Origin: Candidatus Electronema aureum
GTDB taxonomy: Bacteria > Desulfobacterota > Desulfobulbia > Desulfobulbales > Desulfobulbaceae
Reading direction: 5' to 3'
Assembly: GCA_004284765.1 (NCBI GenBank)
Contig: NQJD01000008.1
Span: 30,001 to 62,000 of the forward strand
Length of the DNA stretch: 32,000 bases
Made by a program: the position numbers and the translations under genes. Below, one piece after another: positions 1-10,363 of the stretch; position 1 is the stretch's first letter; each line of letters starts with the position of its first letter. The notes beneath the pieces were generated by a model that was given only the letters and a program-made list of their open reading frames with translations, was not told the origin of the DNA and ran no database searches.

Positions 1-560
1 AATACGCCCACGTCACCTATTTCTTTAATGGCGGGCGAGAAGAGCCGTTTCCCGGAGAAGACCGCATCTTGATCGAATCCCCCCGCGACGTGGCCACCTA
101 CGACCTCAAGCCGTCGATGAGCGCGAATGAAGTCGCCGACCGCCTGCTGGCTGCCCTTGCTCATGAGCAGGCCGCAGGCACACCCTATGATCTGGTCATC
201 CTTAACTTTGCTAACGGCGACATGGTTGGGCATACCGGAGTGCTGGCAGCCGCAGTGCAGGCCTGCGAGACTGTTGACCGCTGCCTTGGCCGCATTGCCG
301 AACGGCTGCATGAGCTGGGCGGCATCCTGGTCGTCACTGCCGACCACGGGAATGCCGAAGTGATGGTCAACCTAGAGACCGGCCAACCCCACACTGCCCA
401 CACCCTCAACCCAGTACCCTGCATCCTTGTCAGCGACAAGCACAAAGGCCGCAGCCTGAAGAGCGGCGGCGCGCTCAAGGACATTGCCCCGACCTTGATG
501 CACCTGCTGGGGCTGGAGCAGCCGGGGGAGATGGAAGGGGAAAACTTGATCGCACAATAA
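1..560 (+). CDS. gpmI: 2,3-bisphosphoglycerate-independent phosphoglycerate mutase, C-terminal part (5' end outside window)
   Basis: The frame is open from position 3. [28 protein letters not shown] and VTADHGNAE are the conserved iPGM C-terminal motifs. Stop at 558-560. Confidence 0.9.
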   Translation, partial: YAHVTYFFNGGREEPFPGEDRILIESPRDVATYDLKPSMSANEVADRLLAALAHEQAAGTPYDLVILNFANGDMVGHTGVLAAAVQACETVDRCLGRIAERLHELGGILVVTADHGNAEVMVNLETGQPHTAHTLNPVPCILVSDKHKGRSLKSGGALKDIAPTLMHLLGLEQPGEMEGENLIAQ

Positions 561-605
561 CGGAGGGAGCAGGACTGTGGATGCAGTTCTGCTTGGTGAC
601 AAAAA

Positions 606-1187
606 ATGCCTTTCGAGAATCTGCTGAACATCTCAGTCAAGAAAGATTGGGTTGACTATCTTGCTGCGTTGCTCACCCCGACTATCGCTGTCGCTGGGCT
701 GTATATTGCTTTCAACCAAAGACGGATAGAGGAAGCGCGGCTCAGGCATGAACTGTTTGAGAGGCGTTATAAACAGTTTGATGCCGTTGTAAAATTTGCA
801 CTCTCAACCATGTCTCTAAGCATTGAAGCTGATGAAGAATGTGAATGTAGGCCGTTTGAGGCTAGCAATGAGCTTCGCGATGAAATTGCTGGAATTAAAT
901 TTATCTTTTCTCCAGATATAGATGAGTATGTCAATACTCATATCGTTAAGCTACACATAGAGATACAACATCTTCGCGCAGAAAGGAACAGGATGGAGCC
1001 TAGGGAAGAACGCCTAAAGAATGCAAAAAGGCAAACTGAATTCAAGAACAACTTGAGAAAGAACTTGGAGATATTTCACGAAAAGACTCTGAAATACATG
1101 CAGCTTCAGCAACCATCCTTATCTGCAAGAGAGCGGCTTAAAAAATTGGCAGCTCTTTTCGAGAAGATAAAGAACGCGGCAGATTGA
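606..1187 (+). CDS. hypothetical protein with one N-terminal TM segment and a charged helical C-terminus
   Basis: 193-codon ORF with ATG start. It has a hydrophobic stretch (WVDYLAALLTPTIAVAGLYIAF) followed by K/E/R-rich helix-like sequence. The region is AT-richer than its neighbours. I recognise no family. Confidence 0.5.
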   Translation: MPFENLLNISVKKDWVDYLAALLTPTIAVAGLYIAFNQRRIEEARLRHELFERRYKQFDAVVKFALSTMSLSIEADEECECRPFEASNELRDEIAGIKFIFSPDIDEYVNTHIVKLHIEIQHLRAERNRMEPREERLKNAKRQTEFKNNLRKNLEIFHEKTLKYMQLQQPSLSARERLKKLAALFEKIKNAAD

Positions 1188-1328
1188 ATAAATCCGCTGA
1201 AAAACGTTGGGGTCTTAACAACACTCCTTGGCTTATTAAGGATAGCGCAGCCAGCGGAAATGGAGGGGGTAGGGTTGATGAGGGATTGACTAAGCCCTTT
1301 GATCGAATTAGACAAAGAAAAAAATATT

Positions 1329-2111
1329 ATGAACATTCAATATTCAGAACAAGTTGTCTTGCTGCTGACACTGGGCCAGCCGGACTGGAAAGACGATTGG
1401 CAGGAAACATATCAGCAGCTTGGCTTCTCCAAAGAGCATATTCCCGATTTGATCAAGATGATTACAGATGAAAATCTGCTCAGGCTTGACTCAAAAAGCG
1501 ACGCAGTCTGGGCACCAGTCCATGCTTGGCGAATATTGGGGCAGCTACGGGCAGCTGAGGCAATTCCGGTTTTGATCGCTCAACTTTTTCGTATTGATGA
1601 AGATGATGATGACTGGGTAGGCGAAGAACTGCCAAAGGTTTTTGCCCTGATCGGCGAGCCTGCCATTCGTAGCCTTTCTCAATATCTTGCAGATGCAAAA
1701 AATCACCTGTATGCACGGGCAGCGGCAGCTAATGGATTGGCATACATTGCCAAGAGTCATCAAGAATTGCGGCAAAACTGCTCCATTCGGTTAGAAAAAG
1801 CATTAGTGCATTATGCCGAAAATGATAAGACACTCAACAGCTTTCTGGTCGCTCATTTGATTGACCTCAAAGCGGTAGAGACAATGCCTGTTATTCAGCA
1901 GGCATATAAAGAAGGATGCGTTGATTTGAGCATCTGCGGTGGCCTTGAAGAGGTGGAAATAGAATTCGGACTCCGGGAGCATCGCTCCACGCCGCGTCCG
2001 CGCCTCTGGATGCACAAGCTCTTTTCACCCGAAAAGAGCAAAGTTGGCAGAAATGATCCCTGCCCCTGCGGCAGCGGCAAAAAATACAAAAAATGCTGCT
2101 GGAATGAATAG
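1329..2111 (+). CDS. SEC-C metal-binding motif protein with a helical-repeat N-terminal region
   Basis: The C-terminus [21 protein letters not shown] is the SEC-C zinc motif. The first ATG is at 1329; the track ORF starts at a TTG at 1299. Confidence 0.8.
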   Translation: MNIQYSEQVVLLLTLGQPDWKDDWQETYQQLGFSKEHIPDLIKMITDENLLRLDSKSDAVWAPVHAWRILGQLRAAEAIPVLIAQLFRIDEDDDDWVGEELPKVFALIGEPAIRSLSQYLADAKNHLYARAAAANGLAYIAKSHQELRQNCSIRLEKALVHYAENDKTLNSFLVAHLIDLKAVETMPVIQQAYKEGCVDLSICGGLEEVEIEFGLREHRSTPRPRLWMHKLFSPEKSKVGRNDPCPCGSGKKYKKCCWNE

Positions 2112-2154
2112 CCAGCAGGCGCGTTCATCTTTGATTCCACCTTTCTGAATTCCC

Positions 2155-3552
2155 ATGCGCTACATCAGCACACGCGGCGGCATTGCGCCCATTGCCTTTG
2201 ATCAGGCTGTCATGATGGGACTGGCGCGGGACGGCGGCCTGCTGCTGCCCGAACGCCTGCCCTCGATTGAACCAGCCTTGCTTAATGCTTGGCAGACCCT
2301 TTCGTATCAGAACCTGGCCTTAGAGGTACTCTCGCTGTTCACTGGCGACCTGCCGCGTGCTGACCTTGATGATTTGATTGATCGGGCTTACAGCAGTTTC
2401 CGGCATCCGCAGGTGACTCCTTTGCGTATAACCGGCGACGGCCTCTACATCCTGGAGCTGTTTCATGGCCCGACCCTAGCTTTCAAGGATATTGCCTTGC
2501 AGCTCCTCGGCAATCTGTTTGAGTATGAGCTGAAGAAGAGCGGCGGCTTCATGAACATCATCGGCGCGACCTCTGGTGATACGGGCAGCGCAGCCATCTA
2601 CGGTGTGCGTGGCCGGAAGGGGATTAACATCTTCATTCTCCACCCGCATGGTCGTACCAGCCCGATTCAAGCCTTGCAAATGACCACGGTCACGGACGCG
2701 AATGTCTTCAACATTGCTGTGCGCGGCACCTTTGACGATGCGCAGGCTATTGTTAAGACGCTGTTCAGTGATCTGGCGTTCAAGGACAAATATCAGCTCG
2801 GTGCGATCAACTCGATCAACTGGGCGCGGGTGCTGGCGCAGGTGGTGTATTACGTCTTTGCGTTCCTCAAGCTGCGCAAGAGCGGCGTTGACTCGGTAGA
2901 TTTCTCGGTGCCGACCGGCAATTTCGGGGATATCTTTGCCGGATATGTGGCCAAGCGACTGCTGCCAGAAGGCTGCATCAACCGGCTCATCCTTGCCACG
3001 AATGCCAACGACATACTGAGTCGCTTTGTTAATCAGGGTGAGTATTCCATCGCCGGTGAGGTGGTGCCTACCTCCAGTCCCTCAATGGACATCCAGATTG
3101 CCTCTAACTTCGAGCGCTACCTCTACTATCTCCTGCATGAGGACGGCAGTAGCGTGAAGGCAGAGATGGAGAGCTTTGCTGCCACCGGGCGGATGGATTT
3201 AGCACGCTTCCAAGAGCAGGTACAGCGTGACTTTGCCGCCCGCGCGGTGTCTGAAGAGGAGACCATTGCTACGATCCGCCAGGTTTATGAGGAGTATGAC
3301 TATCTCATAGACCCGCACACCGCAGTGGGCGTGAAAGCTGCGCAGGAGCTGAAGCAAGACCGGCCTGTGGTTTGCTTGGCAACCGCGCATCCAGCTAAGT
3401 TCGGAGAAGCAGTGCAGAAGGCGATTGGTAAGGACGTGGAACTGCCGCCCGTGCTGGCTGGGCTGTCCAAGTTAGAGAGTCGCTGCTCGGTGATGGATGC
3501 GGATGTGGAGCAGATCAGGGCGTATGTGCAGCAACATGCACTACTGGGATGA
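2155..3552 (+). CDS. thrC: threonine synthase (long form)
   Basis: 465 aa. It has the PLP-lysine context HGPTLAFKDIALQ, a GATSGDTG glycine loop, and overall ThrC-like N- and C-terminal regions. Confidence 0.92.
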   Translation: MRYISTRGGIAPIAFDQAVMMGLARDGGLLLPERLPSIEPALLNAWQTLSYQNLALEVLSLFTGDLPRADLDDLIDRAYSSFRHPQVTPLRITGDGLYILELFHGPTLAFKDIALQLLGNLFEYELKKSGGFMNIIGATSGDTGSAAIYGVRGRKGINIFILHPHGRTSPIQALQMTTVTDANVFNIAVRGTFDDAQAIVKTLFSDLAFKDKYQLGAINSINWARVLAQVVYYVFAFLKLRKSGVDSVDFSVPTGNFGDIFAGYVAKRLLPEGCINRLILATNANDILSRFVNQGEYSIAGEVVPTSSPSMDIQIASNFERYLYYLLHEDGSSVKAEMESFAATGRMDLARFQEQVQRDFAARAVSEEETIATIRQVYEEYDYLIDPHTAVGVKAAQELKQDRPVVCLATAHPAKFGEAVQKAIGKDVELPPVLAGLSKLESRCSVMDADVEQIRAYVQQHALLG

Positions 3553-3564
3553 GTCAACATATAC

Positions 3565-3597
3565 AAGGGGCGAGCCGACGTAGTCGCCCTTTCTGTT
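3565..3597 (+). terminator. candidate intrinsic terminator after thrC
   Basis: AAGGGGCGA (3565-3573) pairs with TCGCCCTTT (3584-3592) around a 10-nt loop. A T-rich tail TTCTGTT follows. Confidence 0.45.
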
Positions 3598-3657
3598 CAG
3601 AGGAAAGGGGCAGACATAGAGGTCTGTTCCTACAACATCTGCATAAACACCACCACT

Positions 3658-4116
3658 ATGACTGAACCAACCACAACCGCAGCCGTGTCTTCCTTGGACA
3701 TCAAAGCGATACTCAACCTACTGCCGCACCGCTATCCTTTTATCATGATAGACCGGGTGTTAGAATATGAGCGCGGTAAGACCATTACTGGCCTCAAGAA
3801 TGTGTCGATGGGCGAGCCGTTCTTTCAAGGACATTTCCCCGGCGAGCCAGTCATGCCCGGCGTGTTGATGCTGGAAGGTATGGCGCAAACCGGGGCAGTG
3901 TTAGCCTATCTTTCAGCGGATACTATCGCGGGCAAGCTCTTTTATTTTGCTGGCTTAGAAGGGGTGCGCTTCCGCAAGATGGTGCGTCCGGGCGATCAAA
4001 TCATCTACAAGTTAGAAATGCTCCGACAGAAGGGCAAGCTGACCAAGATGGCAGGCAAAGCCTATGTTGACAACACTTTGGCAGTTGAAGCTGAACTGTT
4101 AGCCGCCTTTACCTGA
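3658..4116 (+). CDS. fabZ: 3-hydroxyacyl-ACP dehydratase
   Basis: LPHRYPFIMIDRV and HFPGEPVMPGVLMLEGMAQ are hot-dog fold FabZ motifs. Confidence 0.93.
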   Translation: MTEPTTTAAVSSLDIKAILNLLPHRYPFIMIDRVLEYERGKTITGLKNVSMGEPFFQGHFPGEPVMPGVLMLEGMAQTGAVLAYLSADTIAGKLFYFAGLEGVRFRKMVRPGDQIIYKLEMLRQKGKLTKMAGKAYVDNTLAVEAELLAAFT

Positions 4117-4136
4117 TTCCCTGCAAGGATGCAATA

Positions 4137-4937
4137 ATGGCTATCCATAGAGCTGCCGTGGTTGATTCCAAGGCAGAGATTCACGAAACTGCCTCCATCG
4201 GGGCCTATGCCGTGATTGGTGCTGATGTGGTCATCGGCGCAGACACGGTGGTTGATGCCCATGCAGTGATCTCCGGCCCCACGCGCATCGGCAAAGGCAA
4301 TCACATCGGCTCGTTTTCTTCAGTTGGCAGTCCGCCGCAGGACATGCACTATAAAGGCGAGCCAACTGAGCTGATTATCGGCGATAACAATTATATCCGG
4401 GAATACGTTTCCATTCACCGGGGTACGGTCTCAGGTCGAGGCAGAACCGTGATCGGCAATGGCTGCATGTTGATGTCCTACTGTCACGTTGCGCACGATT
4501 GCATCCTCCACGATCATGTGATTATGTCCAATGTAGCGACGCTGGCTGGGCATGTCGAGGTCGGCAGTTATGCCAACTTGGGTGGCTTGGTGGCCGTGCA
4601 TCAGTTCTGCCGCATCGGTGCTTACACCTATCTCGGTGGGATGTCTGGTATCTCAATGGACGTGCCGCCGTACATGATTCTGGCAGGCACCCGTAATCAG
4701 ATGCGGATCACCGGCGTGAATAAAATCGGCCTGCGCCGCAACGGGGTGAGCCGCGAGGCAGTTGATCGGATCGAACGGGCCTTCAAGATCATCTTTCGCT
4801 CTGCTCCAGACGTGGTGCTGCAAGACGCACTCGCTCAAACTGAACAGGAAATGGCCGACTCGCCAGAAGTGCTGCATCTGGTGGAATTCTTCCGCACCAG
4901 CAAGCGCGGCGTGGTCAAACGGACGGAAGAGAGCTGA
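4137..4937 (+). CDS. lpxA: acyl-ACP--UDP-N-acetylglucosamine O-acyltransferase
   Basis: Left-handed beta-helix hexapeptide repeats are followed by an LpxA-type C-terminal helical domain (GVNKIGLRRNG...AFKIIF). It lies directly after fabZ. Confidence 0.92.
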   Translation: MAIHRAAVVDSKAEIHETASIGAYAVIGADVVIGADTVVDAHAVISGPTRIGKGNHIGSFSSVGSPPQDMHYKGEPTELIIGDNNYIREYVSIHRGTVSGRGRTVIGNGCMLMSYCHVAHDCILHDHVIMSNVATLAGHVEVGSYANLGGLVAVHQFCRIGAYTYLGGMSGISMDVPPYMILAGTRNQMRITGVNKIGLRRNGVSREAVDRIERAFKIIFRSAPDVVLQDALAQTEQEMADSPEVLHLVEFFRTSKRGVVKRTEES

Positions 4938-5764
4938 TGATCGCTCCCATCGGCCTAATTGCGGGCGGAGGCCAGTTTCCGCTGCTCTTTACCGAGGCTG
5001 CCAAGGAACGCGGGCGCAGGGTGATTGCGGTCTGTCATCAGCACGAGACAGCACCGGAGCTGGAGCAACGCGCTGATACCTGTTGTTGGGTGAAATTAGG
5101 TCAGCTCGGTAAGATCATTAAGTTCTTCCACAGTCACGGCGTGACTGAAACCGTGTTCTGCGGCACTATCACCAAAACCCGCATCTTTCGTGATATTCTG
5201 CCTGATCTGAAAGGTCTGAGTTTGTGGAGCAAAATCGACAGCAAATTAGATGACGGGATACTGCGAGCCGTGGCTGCGGCGTTGGAGGAAGAAGGAATTC
5301 AGGTGCTGGCCTCAACCGGCTATCTGGAGCATCTGCTCTTTCCCCGAGGCATTCTCGGCAAGCGTAAGCCGACCGACGAGCAATGGGCGGACATCCGCTT
5401 TGGTTGGCGGATTGCACGAGAGATCGGCAGGTTAGATATCGGTCAATGCGTGGTGGTGCGCGAAGGCAGTGTCCTCGCGGTCGAGGCCATCGAAGGCACG
5501 GACGCGGCCATTCGTCGGGGCGGGGAATTAGCAGGCTCTGGAGCAGTGGTAATCAAGCTGAAGAAACCGGGGCAAGACTTCCGCTTTGACCTGCCTGCAA
5601 CCGGCGTACAAACCATTGAGACCTTGGCCTCGGTCAAGGGTGCAGTGCTGGCAGTGGAAGCGGGTCAATCCCTTCTCTTCGACCGCAAGGCCATGATCGC
5701 CGCCGCAGATAAAGCGGGGATTGCGGTGGTGGGAATGGAGGACGAATGTCACAATGCGCCGTGA
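4937..5764 (+). CDS. lpxI: UDP-2,3-diacylglucosamine pyrophosphatase, LpxI (DUF1009) type
   Basis: The start overlaps the lpxA stop (TGATG). GLIAGGGQFP, DIGQCVVV and EAIEGTDAAIRRG are LpxI-family hallmarks as I recall them. Confidence 0.8.
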   Translation: MIAPIGLIAGGGQFPLLFTEAAKERGRRVIAVCHQHETAPELEQRADTCCWVKLGQLGKIIKFFHSHGVTETVFCGTITKTRIFRDILPDLKGLSLWSKIDSKLDDGILRAVAAALEEEGIQVLASTGYLEHLLFPRGILGKRKPTDEQWADIRFGWRIAREIGRLDIGQCVVVREGSVLAVEAIEGTDAAIRRGGELAGSGAVVIKLKKPGQDFRFDLPATGVQTIETLASVKGAVLAVEAGQSLLFDRKAMIAAADKAGIAVVGMEDECHNAP

Positions 5765-5816
5765 TCTTATCCTGCGTAACTCCTCATCATTTTCCTTGCT
5801 CTGAGCGTGAACTATC

Positions 5817-7400
5817 ATGAACACTAAAAACATCGCCGTCATCGGCACAGGCTACTGGGGCAAGAACCTTGTCCGCAACTTCTACAACCTTGGCAGCCTG
5901 CACATGATCTGCGACAGCCGCCCAGAAGCGGTCAGCAGCTTTATGAGTCAGTATCCCGGTGTTCGCGGGGTGCAGGCCTTCAGTGAAGTGCTGGCGGATG
6001 ACGCGGTGCAGGGCGTTGCTCTTTCGACTCCGGCGGTTTCTCATGCCCTGTTAGCGCGCGAGGCTTTGTTAGCGGGCAAGGATGTGTATGTCGAAAAACC
6101 GCTTTGTCTGAGCGAAGAGGAAGGCGTGGAATTGATCGCGTTAGCAAAACAACAAGGCCGCATTCTGATGGTCGGCCATCTGCTCTGGTATCATGCGGCA
6201 GTGACCCGACTCAAGGAGTTGATTGATGCAGGTGAGCTGGGCAGGATTCAGTACATCTATTCTAACCGGCTGAATATAGGTAAGCTGCGGCGCGAGGAGA
6301 ACGTTCTCTGGTCATTCGCACCCCATGACATCTCTGTCATCCTTGGGCTGCTTGGCGAGATGCCAGAATCCATCCAAGCGCAAGGCGGTAACTATTTGCA
6401 CCGCAAGATCGCTGACACAACCGTGAGCTTACTCAACTTCGCCAGTGGAGTACGAGCGCACATCTTTGTTTCTTGGCTGCATCCCTTCAAAGAGCAGAAG
6501 CTCGTGGTAGTGGGTGAAGGCAAAATGGCGGTCTTTGATGACACGGTGCCTTGGTCGAAGAAATTAGCCCTGTATCCGCATTCAGTGGAGTGGTCTGGCA
6601 ACGTGCCGGTGGCGCATAAAGCAGAGGTGGAATACATCACCTTGGAGGAAAGCGAGCCGCTGCGGGCCGAGTGTCAGGCGTTTGTTGACGCAATTGCCTC
6701 GCGAAAACCGCCCTACACCGACGGCAAAGAAGGACTCAATGTGCTCAAAGTACTGAACCGCTGTCAGCAAGCTCTGGAAAGCGGAGCAACAGTCATCGTG
6801 GAGCAGCCTAAGGAGGAGAAAAACTACCAAGCTCATCCTACTGCGGTCATTGATAAAGCCGCAGTTATTGGTCAAGGTACGAATATTTGGCATTTCAGCC
6901 ATATTCTTGCTGGTTCTGAGATCGGCGCAGAATGTAGTATCGGTCAGAACGTGGTCATTGGCCCCAAAGCGCGGGTGGGTAAGGGTTGCAAGATTCAGAA
7001 CAACGTCTCTATCTATGAAGGCGTGACGCTGGAGGATTACGTCTTTTGCGGGCCGTCGATGGTCTTCACGAATGTCTATAATCCGCGCTGCGAGTTTCCA
7101 CGCAAGAATGAATATCGTCAGACCTTGGTCAAGCGAGGAGCAACGCTGGGAGCCAACTGCACGGTGGTCTGCGGGATAACCATTGGCAGCTACGCCTTTG
7201 TTGGCGCAGGCGCAGTCGTGAAAGACGATGTGCCGGACTTTGCCTTGATGGTTGGTTGCCCAGCTCGGCAGATCGGTTGGATGAGTCGTTTCGGCGAGCG
7301 ATTGGAACTGCCGTTGAGCGGCGACTGCGAAGTAGTTTGTCCGCACACTGGTGAGCGGTATCGCTTGGCTGACGGGAAGGTAAGTATTGTCAATGGATAA
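5817..7400 (+). CDS. fusion protein: Gfo/Idh/MocA sugar oxidoreductase (N-terminal) plus WbpD/WlbB-like hexapeptide N-acetyltransferase (C-terminal)
   Basis: The N-terminus has the Rossmann motif [12 protein letters not shown] and EKP. From about nt 6831 there is an LbH domain ([13 protein letters not shown]...[30 protein letters not shown]). It is a single uninterrupted 527-codon ORF. Confidence 0.8.
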   Translation: MNTKNIAVIGTGYWGKNLVRNFYNLGSLHMICDSRPEAVSSFMSQYPGVRGVQAFSEVLADDAVQGVALSTPAVSHALLAREALLAGKDVYVEKPLCLSEEEGVELIALAKQQGRILMVGHLLWYHAAVTRLKELIDAGELGRIQYIYSNRLNIGKLRREENVLWSFAPHDISVILGLLGEMPESIQAQGGNYLHRKIADTTVSLLNFASGVRAHIFVSWLHPFKEQKLVVVGEGKMAVFDDTVPWSKKLALYPHSVEWSGNVPVAHKAEVEYITLEESEPLRAECQAFVDAIASRKPPYTDGKEGLNVLKVLNRCQQALESGATVIVEQPKEEKNYQAHPTAVIDKAAVIGQGTNIWHFSHILAGSEIGAECSIGQNVVIGPKARVGKGCKIQNNVSIYEGVTLEDYVFCGPSMVFTNVYNPRCEFPRKNEYRQTLVKRGATLGANCTVVCGITIGSYAFVGAGAVVKDDVPDFALMVGCPARQIGWMSRFGERLELPLSGDCEVVCPHTGERYRLADGKVSIVNG

Positions 7401-8577
7401 GCAGCCTTTGAAGGTGCTGTTCCTGACCACCTCCTTTCCCCTGACAAGGGAATCACGGAGCGGTGTATTCATCCTCCGCATGATTGAGAATCTGCCCGCG
7501 CATATCCAACTAACGGTACTTACACCAGATGACAGCAGTACCCGACATTACACTGTTTCTGACCGTTACGCGCTGCTGCCTTTCCGTTATGCGCCGAAAA
7601 GCTGGCAAGGGCTGGCGCACGGAGACGGCGGCATCATGGCTGCGCTGGCGCAAAGCAGGTGGAATCTTCTGCTCATTGCGCCGCTGCTTTGTTCCTGCTT
7701 CCTTATGACCTGCTGGCACGCTCGCAAGGCGGATGTCATCCACGCTCATTGGTCCATCAACGGGCTGATTGCCGGAATAGTTGGGCTGCTCTGGAGGAAA
7801 CCAGTGATCACGACCCTGCGCGGCAGCGATGTTAATTCAGCAGCAACGTCTTGGTTGATGCGTCAATTAGCGGGCAGCTGTCTTAGTCACAGCAAATCCG
7901 TCGTTACTGTTAGTCCAGCTTTACGACAAGCACTGATTCAACAATTCCCGATTTACACGCACAAGATTAAAGTAGTTGCCAACGGCATAGCTCCGGCCTT
8001 TTTCATTGCTGGTGATACCAGAGCAGCAACAGATAGGACAGTGCATTTTCTTTATGCAGGCAATTTGATTGTAGGCAAGGGGGTGCAGGTGATTCTGGAG
8101 GCAGCAGCAGCTCTCTCTGCGGACAACTGGCTCTTAGACATTGTTGGCGAGGGGGCAGAGCGGGAAAATTTAGAAGCCTTTTGCCAAGAAAAGGGCTTGC
8201 AGAGCAAAGTACGCTTTCATGGCTCAGTTGCCCCAGAGCAGATGCCGGAGTTTATGCGGCGGGCGGATGTTTTTGTTTTTGCCAGCTTTGCTGAGGGTAG
8301 GCCCAACGTGGTGCTGGAGGCGATGGCAGCCGGTCTGCCCGTGCTGGCCAGCAGTATTCCGGCTGTGCAAGAGCTGATTGTTTCGGGCAAAGAAGGACTA
8401 CTTTTTCCGCCCGGCGATGCGCAGCTGCTGAGTGAACAGATGACGCGGCTTCTCAGTAATCCGACAGAGCTACGCAGCATCGGTGAGAACGCCCGCCGCA
8501 CAATCACCGCGTTGAACCTGAGCTGGCAGGAGACAGGCCGCCGCTACGCCGCGCTTTACGAGGAAGCAATCAATTAA
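7387..8577 (+). CDS. glycosyltransferase, GT4 (group 1) family
   Basis: The C-terminal domain carries the EX7E motif ([22 protein letters not shown]). It overlaps the upstream gene by 14 nt. An alternative ATG is at 7393. Confidence 0.85.
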   Translation: MSMDKQPLKVLFLTTSFPLTRESRSGVFILRMIENLPAHIQLTVLTPDDSSTRHYTVSDRYALLPFRYAPKSWQGLAHGDGGIMAALAQSRWNLLLIAPLLCSCFLMTCWHARKADVIHAHWSINGLIAGIVGLLWRKPVITTLRGSDVNSAATSWLMRQLAGSCLSHSKSVVTVSPALRQALIQQFPIYTHKIKVVANGIAPAFFIAGDTRAATDRTVHFLYAGNLIVGKGVQVILEAAAALSADNWLLDIVGEGAERENLEAFCQEKGLQSKVRFHGSVAPEQMPEFMRRADVFVFASFAEGRPNVVLEAMAAGLPVLASSIPAVQELIVSGKEGLLFPPGDAQLLSEQMTRLLSNPTELRSIGENARRTITALNLSWQETGRRYAALYEEAIN

Positions 8578-8906
8578 TTAGGCATATCCTCAGCCGTGCC
8601 TAAGACCTTGGTCACGATCTTTCGTTTGGCCTCTGCGTCTGGCTCAGGTTCTTTCCAGCTGATGAATTGCTCAATCACCCGCATGTAGTCGCCATGATCC
8701 TGCTTACATTGGGTGCAGATCGATTCGGCTTGATCGCGATACATGATGATCTTACTGGCTGGTTCACCCGAAATGCTCACTGCTGCCATCTTTCGGCAAC
8801 CGCAATTCAACCGGATCACAGCCACACCCACGGCTTCTGGGCTGCCTTCAATAATACCTTCGATCATTGCTTTTTCGCCCTGCTCCGGGCTTCGTTGTGT
8901 TGTCAT
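8574..8906 (-). CDS. hypothetical small protein with CxC...CxxC cysteines
   Basis: An ATG at 8906 (MTTQRSPEQ...) lies 19 nt downstream of the ddl stop. It has NCGC and CTQC motifs. I recognise no family. The track ORF extends to a TTG at 8957 inside ddl. Confidence 0.45.
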   Translation of the reverse strand: MTTQRSPEQGEKAMIEGIIEGSPEAVGVAVIRLNCGCRKMAAVSISGEPASKIIMYRDQAESICTQCKQDHGDYMRVIEQFISWKEPEPDAEAKRKIVTKVLGTAEDMPN

Positions 8907-8925
8907 AACTGGAAGAATGCAGAGG

Positions 8926-9870
8926 TTAAATGGCCTGCCTTTCCATCGCCAGCTCAATCAACCGGTCGAGGAGAGCAGGGAAATCAAGCCCAATCTGCGC
9001 GGCAGCTTGTGGCAGCAGACTGGTGGGTGTCATGCCGGGGATAGTGTTGGTCTCCAAGAGAAAGATTTCACCGTCTGCTCGCACAATCATATCCGTGCGA
9101 CTGTATCCCCGCAGTTGCAAGGTCTTATGCGCCCGAATACCGTAGTCCTGCGCCTTATCTCGGATACTTTCATCGACTTGTGCTGGGCAGACTTCTCGCG
9201 TTGCGCCCGGCGTGTATTTGGCCTCATAGTCAAAGAAATCATAGCGGCTATCTGGGATGATCTCCACCAGCGGCAAGGCGGTGAGCTGCTCATTACCCAA
9301 CACGCCCACGGTGATTTCTCGCCCTTGAATGAACTCCTCTACCATCACCTCGCTGTCGTGTTCAAAGGCTTTAGCAAGGGCGGGGGCAAGTTGTTCAGGC
9401 TGCCGGACAATAGACATGCCCAGCGAGGAACCCTGCCGTACCGGCTTGACCACCAGCGGTAAAGCGAGTTTCGCCAAGAGCGGTGTGGGATCAGCAAGAT
9501 GCTCTTTTGCCGCCATCTCCCAAGTCGCCACCGGCAGACCGTGCAGTCGATACATGACCTTGGCCAAATTTTTATTCATGGCCAAAGCACTGCCCAGTAC
9601 CCCGGAACCTTGGTAAGGAATACCCAGCAATTCCAGCATTCCCTGCACGGTACCGTCCTCACCGTGAATACCGTGTAAAAGGATAAAGGCCACGTCTAAG
9701 CGGTCTGCGTCGGCAGCGAGCCGGGCTAGATCTGTGGCCGGGTCATAGCGCATCACCTCATATGTGTTCTTATGTAACGCCTGCTCCACCCCGGCAGCTC
9801 CGCGCAATGATATCTCGCGCTCCCCGGATGTGCCGCCTGCGATCAACGCCAGTCGTATTTTGTTCATCAT
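8926..9870 (-). CDS. ddl: D-alanine--D-alanine ligase
   Basis: MMNKIRLALIAGGTSGEREISL... shows the ATP-grasp pattern, with a C-terminal ETNTIPGMTPTSL motif. The ATG at 9870 is preferred over the upstream TTG at 10002. Confidence 0.9.
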   Translation of the reverse strand: MMNKIRLALIAGGTSGEREISLRGAAGVEQALHKNTYEVMRYDPATDLARLAADADRLDVAFILLHGIHGEDGTVQGMLELLGIPYQGSGVLGSALAMNKNLAKVMYRLHGLPVATWEMAAKEHLADPTPLLAKLALPLVVKPVRQGSSLGMSIVRQPEQLAPALAKAFEHDSEVMVEEFIQGREITVGVLGNEQLTALPLVEIIPDSRYDFFDYEAKYTPGATREVCPAQVDESIRDKAQDYGIRAHKTLQLRGYSRTDMIVRADGEIFLLETNTIPGMTPTSLLPQAAAQIGLDFPALLDRLIELAMERQAI

Positions 9871-10031
9871 CTTATTCTTCTGTAGTATTTCAATCAGCCG
9901 AAAAGTCCGACATCCTAACTGTGCGGTTTTTGCCGTCTCGTCATCATAGCGCATATTCCGATCTGTTTCATCTTTTTCAGAGCCACCGGAACATGCTGCC
10001 AAGTTTTGACGGAATGTTCTCTGAAATTTAC

Positions 10032-10157
10032 ATAGGAGTTACGCAGTTGAAATTAAAAATTCAATTATTACAGCAAATTGTTCAATTGTTCTTTTGCTGC
10101 ACAAATCGCCAGTTGAACAAAATCAACGGGTTGTAAAACCAACTGCGTAACTCCTAT
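10032..10157. repeat. 18-bp perfect inverted repeat enclosing 90 bp of AT-rich sequence
   Basis: ATAGGAGTTACGCAGTTG (10032-10049) is the exact reverse complement of CAACTGCGTAACTCCTAT (10140-10157). The interior has a second imperfect dyad, TTGTTCAATTG / CAGTTGAACAA. Confidence 0.8.
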
Positions 10158-10175
10158 TACAATGAAAGTCAAGTA

Positions 10176-10191
10176 CCCCCGGCAGAGCCGG
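10176..10191. repeat. copy 1 of the CCCCCGGCAGAGCCGG hairpin motif
   Basis: The same 16-mer recurs at 10364-10379. Both copies are followed within a few nt by ACTTG. Confidence 0.7.
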
Positions 10192-10363
10192 TGACTTGCC
10201 CCTCAAAGGGGGCCTGATCGCAACTGGAAGTGCTGCATGACGGGGAAATCTCTTTGCACCCGACAGGGGGGCTTCATAACCAAGAGGGAAAAGCGGATAT
10301 ACGCCGTCATGCCACTACCCCAATTGCAAAAAAATATTCCCGGAACTGTCAAACTTCGGGAGT

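Noticed and set aside
6582-7481. 299-codon ORF on the minus strand
   Set aside because: It lies entirely antisense to the well-supported oxidoreductase/acetyltransferase and GT4 genes. The sequence is Arg/Ser/Cys-rich with no motifs, typical of a shadow ORF in GC-rich coding DNA.
8743-9462. 239-codon plus-strand ORF
   Set aside because: It is antisense to ddl and the small downstream gene, and ddl's homology is unambiguous.
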